Shown: positions 1-8,786 of the stretch, one piece after another
Layout: each line of letters begins with the position of its first letter
Numbering within the stretch: position 1 is the stretch's first letter
Assembly (NCBI GenBank): GCA_041494705.1
Contig: JBGQBI010000003.1
Span: 296,637-328,636 of the forward strand
Source: Candidatus Methanoperedens sp.
GTDB lineage: Archaea; Halobacteriota; Methanosarcinia; Methanosarcinales; Methanoperedenaceae
DNA length: 32,000 nucleotides
Reading direction: 5' to 3'
Made by a program: the position numbers and the translations under genes
The notes under the pieces: generated by a model
Told to the model about the DNA's origin: nothing
What the model saw: the letters and a program-made list of their open reading frames with translations, nothing else
Database searches by the model: none

Positions 1-1
1 G

Positions 2-220
2 CCCGGGCTCAGCAACAACGGAGGGAAAATAGTCATCGAGGGCAATACAAGCCGCCCCGGCAGCGAGATGGCAAAAGGCACAATAATCGTCAATGGAACT
101 GTGGATGAAATGATGCCTGTTTTCAAGGCCGAAGGCACGGAAGCCGTTGACGGCGTCACGTACAGGAAATATACGGGCGATGTAATAGTCAATGGCAAAG
201 GTGTTTTGTACGTGAAATAA
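2..220 (+). CDS. 3' end of a FwdC/FmdC-like gene (formylmethanofuran dehydrogenase subunit C-type GXGXG beta-helix protein), truncated by the window edge
   Basis: The frame is open from position 2 to TAA at 218-220. The translation PGLSNNGGKIVIEGNTSRPGSEMAKGTIIVNGTVDEMMPVFKAEG...GDVIVNGKGVLYVK shows repeated G-x-(I/V)3-x-G-N units typical of FwdC and the glutamate synthase C-terminal domain. Confidence 0.45.
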   Translation, partial: PGLSNNGGKIVIEGNTSRPGSEMAKGTIIVNGTVDEMMPVFKAEGTEAVDGVTYRKYTGDVIVNGKGVLYVK

Positions 221-233
221 TCATAAAAAAATG

Positions 234-249
234 TTCGTATTAATACGAA
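234..249. repeat. Perfect 16-nt palindrome TTCGTATTAATACGAA, 14 nt downstream of the FwdC-like stop; function unknown (terminator hairpin or protein-binding site)
   Basis: Read directly: ttcgtatt/aatacgaa is self-complementary over all 16 nt and lies in an AT-rich intergenic region. Confidence 0.8.
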
Positions 250-333
250 TTATATGCCATGATTTATTTAAATATAATTAAAAATAATAAACAAAAGGTA
301 TTTTAAGTATCAGCAACAAACTATTAACTAAAT

Positions 334-1176
334 ATGATAATGATTACAGCGATTGTAACGATGATGGTTACTGCCATCATTTCTACAGTGGCGCGTTATG
401 TTACATGGCAGATATCAGTTGTAGGTGACCCCTTCTATAAGTTCATAATCTGGCATATACTATTATTTTCAATTGCACTTGCTATATTTCTGGACAGACG
501 GCAAGGGTTCAAAAAAACAATCGGAATTGCGGGGTATATTGCACAAAAATATAATAAGACAAATAGAGAGGGCAAGATAAATGCAACAATGAATGCATAC
601 CATGAGCATGCCCAAAAACCCAAGCTCCAAAAAGTATTGCTGCCAATCGCGATAACGCTATTCATAGCATATATTCTTTCAGCTCATTTGTTATTTTTTG
701 CAATCGTCACTTCAGGTTCGATGGAGCCAACCTTTAAAAAAGGCGACCTCGTATTTATGCAGGATATTTTAATACAGCCAAAAGTCGGGGATATAATAAT
801 ATTCCCTGACCCCCAAAAAAATGTGGTTTCGAATAAACCGGTTACGGTAACGCACAGGATTATTGAGATAAATGGGGATACAATAAGAACAAAAGGTGAT
901 AATAATCCTAATACAGATAGCTGGAAAATCAATAAAAAAGATGTAATCGGTAAAGCCTTCATTATAGGTTCAAATCCCGCAGTCTTAAAAGATTTGGGTA
1001 GATATTTCTTACTGGATTTCAGGACAGACCAATACACGGAGGAATACCTTGCTATAGCAAAGACTATCCAGAACATGAGAAGCATGGGGCTGATGATATT
1101 CTTCGGATGTCTTGTAATGTATTTGTTCCTGTCAATAAGAGATTCACGTCCTTCAAGACATTTTAAAAGCAGGTGA
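334..1176 (+). CDS. Type I signal peptidase, archaeal/eukaryotic Sec11-SipW type (S26 family)
   Basis: It has the catalytic-Ser box SGSMEPTFKKGDLVF, the His box VTHRII, and GDNNPNTD, with TM segments before the Ser box and at the C-terminus. The first ~85 codons (two extra TM-like segments) may not be translated; an in-frame ATG at 589 would give a more typical ~195-aa enzyme. Confidence 0.75.
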   Translation: MIMITAIVTMMVTAIISTVARYVTWQISVVGDPFYKFIIWHILLFSIALAIFLDRRQGFKKTIGIAGYIAQKYNKTNREGKINATMNAYHEHAQKPKLQKVLLPIAITLFIAYILSAHLLFFAIVTSGSMEPTFKKGDLVFMQDILIQPKVGDIIIFPDPQKNVVSNKPVTVTHRIIEINGDTIRTKGDNNPNTDSWKINKKDVIGKAFIIGSNPAVLKDLGRYFLLDFRTDQYTEEYLAIAKTIQNMRSMGLMIFFGCLVMYLFLSIRDSRPSRHFKSR

Positions 1177-1270
1177 AAAAGATAAATCGATTTTTTTTTC
1201 ATAAAGTATATAAACTATTCCAATAATTAATTTTAAAAACGATTTTAATCTTGAAGGTCTTGTAATATAT

Positions 1271-1303
1271 AAATTAATAGAAGGCATACAAATTAATAGA
1301 AGG
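1271..1303 (+). repeat. Two direct copies of AAATTAATAGAAGG (1271-1284 and 1290-1303), immediately upstream of the TTG start at 1312
   Basis: Read directly; the copies are 19 nt apart. The second copy runs into AGGGG, a possible ribosome-binding site. Confidence 0.8.
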
Positions 1304-1311
1304 GGTCGGAT

Positions 1312-2304
1312 TTGGCGAATTTAGAAAAAATAATTGAACAATTAATAAGTAAACCCGAGTCATATACTATCCAGAGGGACTCGCTTGATACATATATCAA
1401 GGAACATCATATGTGTCTCAATCCTTTCGCCGACAAGATTATTGATGATAAGATGTTCATCAATAAAGATGAAATTGTCTGCAACAGGATAATGCGGGCT
1501 GCCAGGCACAACCAGTCAAGCCTGATGATATTAATGGGCCCTACAGGTTCAGGGAAGAGCGAAAATGCCGACTTTATCGTAAGAAACCTGCCTCCCGAGT
1601 TTATTTTCTGGTATAACCAGATATATGGCCAGAGCTCGATACAGCTTGCTACATCGATAATCGGCGACCTTGACCCCAACTATCTGGCCCAATTATCCAC
1701 AGCAGACAGGGAAATGATTCTTGACATATATGATGATGTCTTAAAGGCGCTTGTTAAAAATAACAAGAAATTATTCTGCATATTCGACCAGGGGGAGCAT
1801 TTCTCAAAAGATGCTTTTGAACTTATCACCAATTCCACCAATCCTTATTATGCAGCAAACAGGGCGTTTACGGGTTTGATCCTCGCAGTTCCACGCTTTG
1901 AAAAACATATTGAAGAATGGACTGAAAGTCTTGATACAATGTTAAGAAGGGCTCTTATACGCGAATATACCAGGCCATTTACAGTGTCCCAGCGACTTGA
2001 ATATATAATACGCGCCCTTGTTTCCAGTAAGAAAAAGAGCTATCATGAATTAATGAAAAAACGCGATTTTGACCCTTTCGATGAAGATGCCATTTTATAC
2101 TTGATTGAAAAGAGTGAAGGACATCCAAGCACTCTTAACAGTCTATGCTATATCTCACTGGAACTTGTGTCTGCAATTTCACCAGACGCAGTAATAACAG
2201 AATCTATTGTTCAGGAAGCCTGGACTAAATTCCCGAATAAAACAATCCATCACGACGCTATAAACTGGTATAAAGAGAAAGGTCTATACCAGAAGCAAGA
2301 CTAA
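1312..2304 (+). CDS. P-loop NTPase, ExeA/GspA-like (AAA_22-type) ATPase
   Basis: Walker A is MGPTGSGKS. N-terminal LNPF...MF, a Walker B-like FCIFDQGEH, and the C-terminal EGHPSTLNSLC motif resemble the ExeA pattern (G-x-PR-x-x-N-x-L-C). The ORF-track start is TTG at 1312. An ATG at 1411 (MCLNPF...), preceded by AAGGAA, is an alternative start. Confidence 0.55.
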   Translation: MANLEKIIEQLISKPESYTIQRDSLDTYIKEHHMCLNPFADKIIDDKMFINKDEIVCNRIMRAARHNQSSLMILMGPTGSGKSENADFIVRNLPPEFIFWYNQIYGQSSIQLATSIIGDLDPNYLAQLSTADREMILDIYDDVLKALVKNNKKLFCIFDQGEHFSKDAFELITNSTNPYYAANRAFTGLILAVPRFEKHIEEWTESLDTMLRRALIREYTRPFTVSQRLEYIIRALVSSKKKSYHELMKKRDFDPFDEDAILYLIEKSEGHPSTLNSLCYISLELVSAISPDAVITESIVQEAWTKFPNKTIHHDAINWYKEKGLYQKQD

Positions 2305-2307
2305 AAG

Positions 2308-3579
2308 ATGCCAGCAATGGAAAAAAATAATGCACGCTATTCAAGCAAAAGAATTAATATCGATTCATTATTAAAAAAGGAAGATGCTTATATCAGTAAG
2401 AAACTGGATTTGAACAGCCTGCTTGGGGCACCTGAATCCACCCGTACTCGGGTTTTACAGCCTGTTCATGGACAGGATAAGAAGGTCAGGCACATCTCGC
2501 CCGGCGAATATATAGTCGTAATAAGCATGATCCTTACCTCAATATATCTGCTGGTTACATCATTTTTCCCTCTTGTATACAATATTGTCACATCTTTTGA
2601 ACCTATAAATTTCCTGATGAATTTACTATACTTCATTCTGGGAATCGGGAGCCTCGCTGGCGCTTTTTTAGTACTTAAAAAGGGGACGCATCTTGAACAT
2701 ATAGCAAACGATACTTTTGATGAAGTGGTTTATAAACGCCTTGAGCCCGTACTGCGTGATGTGGCCGATGTTCAGGTAGGATTGACCGATGTTCATTCCC
2801 AGCTGGAAATGATGAACCTGAATCTTGAAAAAATAGGAAAGGTCAAAGAAACGGTAACCCGGGAAATCCACCAGGAAGCTGCGCCGGCCCAGACTTCGAT
2901 GTACATTAAATACATCGTATTAATCAATGTCACGCTTGCCACATTTTTATTCATGCTGCAATACCCGCTGGAATATATTCCCTATGCAGTTACCATAGTG
3001 TATATTGTCTGGTGGGCAGTAATTACTGCCGAATTCAAGCTCTGGAATGTGGAATCGGTATGGATGTGGGTTTTTGGTCCGATTTTAGTACTCCCGGTGT
3101 ATTCGATTATCATGAACGCCTATCTGCGTGATTACCAGATGTTCGGCTCATTGTTCATCGGGCTTGTCATTTATGTTTTCGTATATTATTCATGGTGTTC
3201 CAATATGGTACGGGGCGTGCTCCCTCTTGACCTTCATATAGCCCTCGCGGAATTAAAAAAGAAACTTAAAGAAAAACCTGAAGAAGAAACACCTAAACCC
3301 AAGATTACAATGCCCCGTATTGAATTGAAAATGCCTTTTAAATTTAATTTATACCATCTTGGAATTTCAATGGTAATAGGGTCAATTATTCTATTCGCTT
3401 CTGCCTGGTTCGGTTTTTCTATAGAGCACAATTTAATACCCAATGTCTCGTGGAAAAACTTTGGCTTGAATGAGTTTACGTGGAAACCTCTGTATTCCTA
3501 TGCCTTAACCCTCTTGGGTATGCTTTTCCTCGGGCTGGGTTTCAGGATATTGTTGAAATTCCGGAGGAGCCAGGATTGA
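2308..3579 (+). CDS. Polytopic membrane protein of unknown function (~8 TM segments, central coiled-coil-like loop, Lys/Glu/Pro-rich linker)
   Basis: This is a 423-aa ORF starting 3 nt after the ATPase stop. It has long hydrophobic stretches (YIVVISMILTSIYLLVTSFF, LLYFILGIGSLAGAFLVL, IVLINVTLATFLFML, VYIVWWAVITA, WVFGPILVLPVYSII and others). I recognise no family. Confidence 0.55.
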   Translation: MPAMEKNNARYSSKRINIDSLLKKEDAYISKKLDLNSLLGAPESTRTRVLQPVHGQDKKVRHISPGEYIVVISMILTSIYLLVTSFFPLVYNIVTSFEPINFLMNLLYFILGIGSLAGAFLVLKKGTHLEHIANDTFDEVVYKRLEPVLRDVADVQVGLTDVHSQLEMMNLNLEKIGKVKETVTREIHQEAAPAQTSMYIKYIVLINVTLATFLFMLQYPLEYIPYAVTIVYIVWWAVITAEFKLWNVESVWMWVFGPILVLPVYSIIMNAYLRDYQMFGSLFIGLVIYVFVYYSWCSNMVRGVLPLDLHIALAELKKKLKEKPEEETPKPKITMPRIELKMPFKFNLYHLGISMVIGSIILFASAWFGFSIEHNLIPNVSWKNFGLNEFTWKPLYSYALTLLGMLFLGLGFRILLKFRRSQD

Positions 3580-5318
3580 AGAGACTCATTATCTTAATCA
3601 TTTTTTTATTATTGTGGCCAGCTGTTTGCGCTGCTGAAAAAATAAATGGTCTGGATGTTGAGTGGGAATCCGGGACATCATATACCCTTAGCTGGACGAA
3701 TCCCACAGTCACCGTAGGAGATTATGTCATACGGGTTTTTGATTTTGACTGGAAGGGAAATGCGGTCATATCAGTTACAAGAAAAGGCGTGACCCAGAAC
3801 GGAATAATATCCAACCAGGGTGAAAACTTAGTTATGGATTTTACAGGAAATAGCACCACTTTCCAGGGAATCCTGATTGGTATGGGAGATGTTTCAAATT
3901 ATGTATCCATCCCTGGAACCATCCCAATCAACGTTGGAACATTCCCATGCTGCCCTCAGGCCACTATCAGTATTGCGGTCTCAAAAGATCTTACCCAAAA
4001 AAAACCGGTATTGGAGCTTGATATGGAAACGAACTGGGATGGAGGTCTGGGTAGAATATCAGATATGAATTTTGAAATCAAAAATACTGGCGACGCAGAT
4101 CTTTCCGGGGGCAATGTTACGATAAATTTAGACGGCTTAATACCCGCCAATGATAGGCAATTATCAGATAATGCATTAACATATAACCCCAAAAAAGGTA
4201 TAGTAACCAAAGGATGGAGCACTCCGCTTTTAAGGAATAATTCGGTCTATTTTAATATATCGGTAAAGTCACCAGTCCCGTCGAATAAAACATCCTTTAC
4301 GATTTCAGGTCAGAGTTATTTTAAGGATTCAAGCGGTAATCTGTATTCTGCAACGAAGTCTGAAACCGTCTCCCTTACCCCTACTTTCAGTTTAACGAAA
4401 TCAATAAGCCAGTATTCGATTCTTGGCGATAGGTCGTATGGGGATATCGATAAATTCTTCGCTCTTAGTAATGTGAGTGTTGTAAATTTAAATGTTGCGA
4501 ACACGCAAAGCTATTCATTAAAATCGGTGACTCTCACGGATACCGTGATGAATGATTTTGATTTAATAAACGATTCCATAGCCCCAACAAAAGATTTTAA
4601 ATTAATAAATAATAATACATTGCAGTGGGTTTTTGACCTTAATTCAAGTGAATCGAGGGAATTTAAATACCATTTAACCGCCCGGAAAATAGGAAGTTTT
4701 ACAGCGCCTGGTGCGGTGGCGCAGTGGAATGCATGGGGAGTTACCGGAAAAGCTTCTTCAAACATGCCTGCAACACGGGTATATGGTGTTTATGTGGTAG
4801 TGACCAGGAAAACTGATAAAACCAATCCAAAGTTGAACGAAAGCCTGAATGTAACAACTACATTGGAGAATATAGGCGACTTTCCTGCGGGATTTAATGC
4901 AACGGATATTCTTCCGAAAAATACCACATTCATTTCAGGAACCACGACCTTCAGCGGTTATTTGTACCCCAAGTCTGAACCTGTTTCTTTCAATTATAAT
5001 TTGTCCGTTGATAAACCGGGTGATCTGGAATTTCCATCACCTGTAATCACTTTCTGGAAAAAAGATTATGATGGGTCATTTGGTGTAATACCCGGCAATA
5101 AAATCACGGTCATCGGCCCCTCTCTCTTAGCAGTGGCTGCCGCGGCTTCAGGCCAGGCCAATATCTCCCAGGCTCCCACAGCCACCCCCATCCCCAAGAG
5201 TTTGCTTGATATCATAGATGAGAAGGTTCCCTGGCTTGAGGGCGCTGTCCCGATAATCATGTTAATTGTTGCTATTATTTTAATGCTTATGCTGCATGTT
5301 ATTAACAGGGAATCATGA
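3576..5318 (+). CDS. Secreted, C-terminally membrane-anchored cell-surface protein with DUF11/CARDB-like repeat domains and many N-glycosylation sequons
   Basis: A TTG at 3576 gives M-KRLIILIIFLLLWPAVCAA|EK, a textbook signal peptide, and overlaps the upstream TGA (TTGA). Repeated beta-domain signatures are present (FEIKNTGDADLSGGNVTINLDG, LNVANTQSYSLKSVTLTD, TTTLENIGDFPAGFNATDILPKNTTFISG). A Thr/Pro/Ala linker and a C-terminal TM helix (VPIIMLIVAIILMLMLHV) follow. Confidence 0.65.
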   Translation: MKRLIILIIFLLLWPAVCAAEKINGLDVEWESGTSYTLSWTNPTVTVGDYVIRVFDFDWKGNAVISVTRKGVTQNGIISNQGENLVMDFTGNSTTFQGILIGMGDVSNYVSIPGTIPINVGTFPCCPQATISIAVSKDLTQKKPVLELDMETNWDGGLGRISDMNFEIKNTGDADLSGGNVTINLDGLIPANDRQLSDNALTYNPKKGIVTKGWSTPLLRNNSVYFNISVKSPVPSNKTSFTISGQSYFKDSSGNLYSATKSETVSLTPTFSLTKSISQYSILGDRSYGDIDKFFALSNVSVVNLNVANTQSYSLKSVTLTDTVMNDFDLINDSIAPTKDFKLINNNTLQWVFDLNSSESREFKYHLTARKIGSFTAPGAVAQWNAWGVTGKASSNMPATRVYGVYVVVTRKTDKTNPKLNESLNVTTTLENIGDFPAGFNATDILPKNTTFISGTTTFSGYLYPKSEPVSFNYNLSVDKPGDLEFPSPVITFWKKDYDGSFGVIPGNKITVIGPSLLAVAAAASGQANISQAPTATPIPKSLLDIIDEKVPWLEGAVPIIMLIVAIILMLMLHVINRES

Positions 5319-5950
5319 AAGCTGAGAATATTATCGGCTTAGCGATTCTGGTGGTATTCGGACTTATTGTGGGCATACTATTCTCTGTTTATTCGCATGA
5401 TAAGCAACTCAATATTAAATCTGGTAAAACGCCAGGATACCCCAATAACACGCAAATCAATGGCGACAAACAGGTCGAGGGTAACACCCAGGTTTCGAAC
5501 TTTACAGAGCTGGTTTCAAATGGAAAAAACATTTGCGAAGGATGCCATCTTTCGGGAAAGAAAATCTATCCCCAGGCATACCAGGTAAAACAGCACGTCG
5601 AAGGGGGCGCATATTGCCTCGAATGCCATACGATTGACCATAAAGTGCATCCCATGAGCCCGAAAGATAAAAACGTGACCTGTGAAAGCTGTCATGGGGC
5701 AGCATCCCCACAGGTGCCAACTTTTCGCAACGGTACAATATCATGCGCAAATTGCCATGATTACCCTGACCCGCTAAAGCCAAGCAATGGTAATCTTATT
5801 GTGATACACCGCGAGAGAAATGTGGATTGTATAAAATGCCATCTGGATTCAACTGCCTCTTGTCTTAAGTGCCATAATGAAATTAAAAGCGATGATAAAT
5901 GGACAAAAAGGCTTAATCATTTCAATACGATTGTGAAGACAGCCCAATGA
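5315..5950 (+). CDS. Membrane-anchored hexahaem c-type cytochrome
   Basis: Six CxxCH motifs occur in 211 aa: CEGCH, CLECH, CESCH, CANCH, CIKCH, CLKCH. There is an N-terminal TM anchor (IIGLAILVVFGLIVGILFSVY). The ATG overlaps the upstream stop (ATGA at 5315-5318). Confidence 0.85.
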   Translation: MKAENIIGLAILVVFGLIVGILFSVYSHDKQLNIKSGKTPGYPNNTQINGDKQVEGNTQVSNFTELVSNGKNICEGCHLSGKKIYPQAYQVKQHVEGGAYCLECHTIDHKVHPMSPKDKNVTCESCHGAASPQVPTFRNGTISCANCHDYPDPLKPSNGNLIVIHRERNVDCIKCHLDSTASCLKCHNEIKSDDKWTKRLNHFNTIVKTAQ

Positions 5951-5985
5951 TTTGTTGTTGAGAATTTTGATATTTCCCAAAATGC

Positions 5986-6031
5986 TTATATATAATGAAC
6001 ATAATTGTACATCAATGTACTAATATGTACA
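5986..6031 (+). promoter_or_regulatory. Putative trp promoter: TATA-like TTATATATAA (5986-5995) followed by three TGTAC(A/T) boxes at 6006, 6016 and 6026 (TrpY-type TRP boxes)
   Basis: Read directly: TGTACA 6006-6011, TGTACT 6016-6021, TGTACA 6026-6031, spaced exactly 10 bp apart. The outer boxes sit in a 10-nt inverted repeat, AATTGTACAT (6003-6012) and ATGTACAATT (6025-6034). The element lies 12 nt upstream of the trpC ATG at 6043. Confidence 0.5.
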
Positions 6032-6042
6032 ATTTGATATCT

Positions 6043-6801
6043 ATGCACCCGATAATCAATGAAATACTGGAATCAACACAAAAAAGAATTCCGCTTATCA
6101 CGGATTTTCAAAAAAAGAATATGACAGCGCGGAATTTCCGGGAAAGCATTGAAACTATAAAGATGAAAAACCGGATTCCGGTAATCGCAGAAGTGAAACC
6201 TTCATCCCCGACAAGATTTATCAGGAATGTAACCCCGGAAGATGCAGCCGGGATTGCAATGCAGATGGAAGCAGGCGGTGCGGCGGCGATATCCGTGCTG
6301 ACAGAGCCGCAATTTTTTAAAGGAAGCCTTGAGAACTTAAAAACCGTCAGGACTGCCGTAAAAATCCCTGTGCTGAGGAAGGATTTTATCATAGATAAAG
6401 CCCAGATTCAGGAAGTAGAGAGCGATTTGCTCCTGTTGATTGCAGGGATTCTCGGCGATAAACTGGCTGATTTTGTGGATGAGACCCTGTCATCAGGGCG
6501 CAAACCACTTGTCGAAGTGCATAATGAAAAAGAACTTGAAAATGCGCTTTCTACAGACGCCGATATCATAGGGATAAACAACAGGGACCTCACCACGATG
6601 AAAGTTGACATAACAACAACCGAAAAGCTGGCGCCGCTTATCAACGGCAGGATAATTATCAGTGAAAGCGGGATATCGAGCCGCGAGGATGCCGTCCGTA
6701 TGATAGACGCCGGAGCCGACGCTATTCTAGTAGGAACATCTATTATGCAGGGAAATATTTACGATAAAACATACGAATTAGTTCATGCACTGGACAGGTA
6801 A
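6043..6801 (+). CDS. trpC: Indole-3-glycerol-phosphate synthase
   Basis: The translation carries IGPS motifs (VIAEVKPSSP, ISVLTEPQFFKGS, PVLRKDFI, IGINNRDL, ISESGI). I prefer the ATG at 6043 (MHPIINEIL) to the ORF-track start at 5995, which would translate through the promoter-like boxes. Confidence 0.9.
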   Translation: MHPIINEILESTQKRIPLITDFQKKNMTARNFRESIETIKMKNRIPVIAEVKPSSPTRFIRNVTPEDAAGIAMQMEAGGAAAISVLTEPQFFKGSLENLKTVRTAVKIPVLRKDFIIDKAQIQEVESDLLLLIAGILGDKLADFVDETLSSGRKPLVEVHNEKELENALSTDADIIGINNRDLTTMKVDITTTEKLAPLINGRIIISESGISSREDAVRMIDAGADAILVGTSIMQGNIYDKTYELVHALDR

Positions 6802-6816
6802 AAACAGGGAAAAAAT

Positions 6817-8004
6817 ATGAAACAGGAATTGAAAAAAACCAAATTCGGCAAATACGGCGGGCAGTTCGTACCTGAGGTATTGATGCCTGCCATCGAGGAA
6901 TTGACAGAACAATACGAGAAATACAAAGACGACCCTGTTTTTAATGAGGAACTGGATTATTACCTGCGGGATTTTGCAGGACGCCCTTCTCCATTATATT
7001 TCGCAAAGCACCTCAGCAGGGAATACGGCGTCAGGATTTACTTAAAGCGCGAAGACCTTATCCACGGCGGCGCGCATAAATTGAATAATACTCTCGGGCA
7101 GGCTCTCCTGACCAGATATATGGGGAAAAAAAGGATAATAGCAGAGACTGGAGCTGGCCAGCACGGCACAGCCTGCGCGATGGCTGGCGCAGCTTTCGGC
7201 ATCAAGACCGAGGTTTACATGGGCGCCAGGGATACGGTGCGCCAGCGCATGAATGTTTACAGGATGGAATTAATGGGAGCAAAGGTCATACCAGTTAAAA
7301 GCGGCTCGCAGACCCTGAAAGATGCTATCAATGAAGCGATGCGTGACTGGGCGGCCAATGTCGAGACTACCCATTACATGATTGGCTCCGTGGTCGGCCC
7401 GCACCCTTATCCCACGATGGTGCGCGATTTCCAGAGCGTCATAGGAAAAGAAGTCCGCACACAGATTATGGAAAAGGAGGGAAGATTCCCTGATTCCATT
7501 GTCGCATGCACTGGCGGAGGCAGCAATGCCATGGGGATTTTTTATCCTTTCATCGAGGATGATGTTGACCTCTTCGCCGTTGAAGCGGGCGGAAGCGGTA
7601 TGAAAGTTACCGATAAGGAAGCACTCCACTCGGCGACCTTGTGCACGGGTGAAGAGGGTATTCTTCACGGGATGCACACGAAGGTTCTCCAGAATAAGTA
7701 CGGGCAGATACTCGAATCAAGTTCGATAGCTGCGGGTCTTGATTATGCAGGCGTTGGCCCGGAACTTGCCTATCTGGCGGACATCGGGAGGATTAAACCC
7801 CGAAATTCCATGGACAGTGAAGCGCTCGATGCGTTCCATGACCTTTGCAGGCTTGAAGGCATTATACCGGCGCTTGAATCTTCGCATGCCCTGGCATATG
7901 TCAAAAAGGCGGCATCGTCGGGGGAACTCGGTGATATTGTTGTAATTAATATTTCAGGAAGAGGCGACAAAGACCTTGAGACCGTGATGGGGATGAAAAA
8001 ATGA
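6817..8004 (+). CDS. trpB: Tryptophan synthase beta chain
   Basis: Motifs present: [20 protein letters not shown] (PLP lysine), [16 protein letters not shown]. Confidence 0.95.
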   Translation: MKQELKKTKFGKYGGQFVPEVLMPAIEELTEQYEKYKDDPVFNEELDYYLRDFAGRPSPLYFAKHLSREYGVRIYLKREDLIHGGAHKLNNTLGQALLTRYMGKKRIIAETGAGQHGTACAMAGAAFGIKTEVYMGARDTVRQRMNVYRMELMGAKVIPVKSGSQTLKDAINEAMRDWAANVETTHYMIGSVVGPHPYPTMVRDFQSVIGKEVRTQIMEKEGRFPDSIVACTGGGSNAMGIFYPFIEDDVDLFAVEAGGSGMKVTDKEALHSATLCTGEEGILHGMHTKVLQNKYGQILESSSIAAGLDYAGVGPELAYLADIGRIKPRNSMDSEALDAFHDLCRLEGIIPALESSHALAYVKKAASSGELGDIVVINISGRGDKDLETVMGMKK

Positions 8005-8786
8005 AGATGAGCGATAAGTTCAACGAGCTAAAGAAGAAAAAAGAAGGCGCGTTAATCGCTTACATCTGTGCCGGAGACCCCACGCCTGAAGCTACGAAAG
8101 AATACGTAACCGCGCTTGTAAGGGGCGGCGCCGATATTATTGAACTCGGGCTTCCATTCTCAGACCCTACCGCAGACGGACCCACCATCCAGGCCGGGAT
8201 TGAGCGCGCGCTCAACGGCGGTATGACGCCGGATATTTATTTTAAGACTGTCGGTTCCCTTAAGGTTCATATCCCGCTTGTGGTAATGACTTACTACAAC
8301 CTTATTTTCAAAAGAGGCCTTGAAAAATTCGTGAAAGACTGCATCGCATCCGGGATTTCAGGTATTATCGTTCCCGACCTTGCAGCTGAAGAATCCGGCG
8401 AACTTGCAGGATTCTGCAAACAATACGATGTCGACCTCATTTTCCTTGTGGCTCCCACGACCACGGAGTCGAGGATGAAAAGGATACTGGCAGAAGGGAC
8501 GGGTTTTATCTATCTCGTTGCGCGCATGGGTGTTACAGGGGCTCGGAAGGATGTCGCAGCTTCCACGCGCGAACTGGTTGAAAGGGTGAAGACCCAAACT
8601 CCGAAAGTAGTCGGATTCGGGATATCTAACGGCAAACAGGCTTCGGAAATCATACGCACGGGAGCGGACGGGGTAATCGTAGGGTCTGCATTTGTGGATA
8701 TTATTGCAGGTGGGAAAGATGTTCCAGGGAGGCTTGAGGCGCTGGCGAGGGAGTTGAAGGATGGGATACGGTCAGCGAGTAAATGA
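8001..8786 (+). CDS. trpA: Tryptophan synthase alpha chain
   Basis: Motifs present: [31 protein letters not shown]. The start overlaps the trpB stop by 4 nt (ATGA). Confidence 0.95.
   Translation: MKMSDKFNELKKKKEGALIAYICAGDPTPEATKEYVTALVRGGADIIELGLPFSDPTADGPTIQAGIERALNGGMTPDIYFKTVGSLKVHIPLVVMTYYNLIFKRGLEKFVKDCIASGISGIIVPDLAAEESGELAGFCKQYDVDLIFLVAPTTTESRMKRILAEGTGFIYLVARMGVTGARKDVAASTRELVERVKTQTPKVVGFGISNGKQASEIIRTGADGVIVGSAFVDIIAGGKDVPGRLEALARELKDGIRSASK

Noticed and set aside
684-1202. A 172-aa minus-strand ORF opposite the signal peptidase gene, and similar antisense ORFs inside trpB (7270-7677), cas1 (21781-22146, 22351-22680) and the Cas10-like, Cas5-like and cas7 genes
   Set aside because: In each case the opposite strand carries diagnostic catalytic motifs. 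These are shadow ORFs, favoured by AT-rich or biased codon composition.
3480-3575. GTG start at 3480 for the surface protein (ORF-track coordinates), overlapping the membrane-protein gene by 100 nt
   Set aside because: The TTG at 3576 yields a canonical signal peptide right at the N-terminus and a compact TTGA junction. The upstream 32 codons simply re-read the end of the previous gene in another frame.
5995-6042. The ORF-track start of trpC at 5995 (MNIIVHQCTNMYNLIS...)
   Set aside because: These 16 extra codons coincide with the TATA-like element and the TGTACA boxes and do not resemble IGPS N-termini. The ATG at 6043 gives a typical start.
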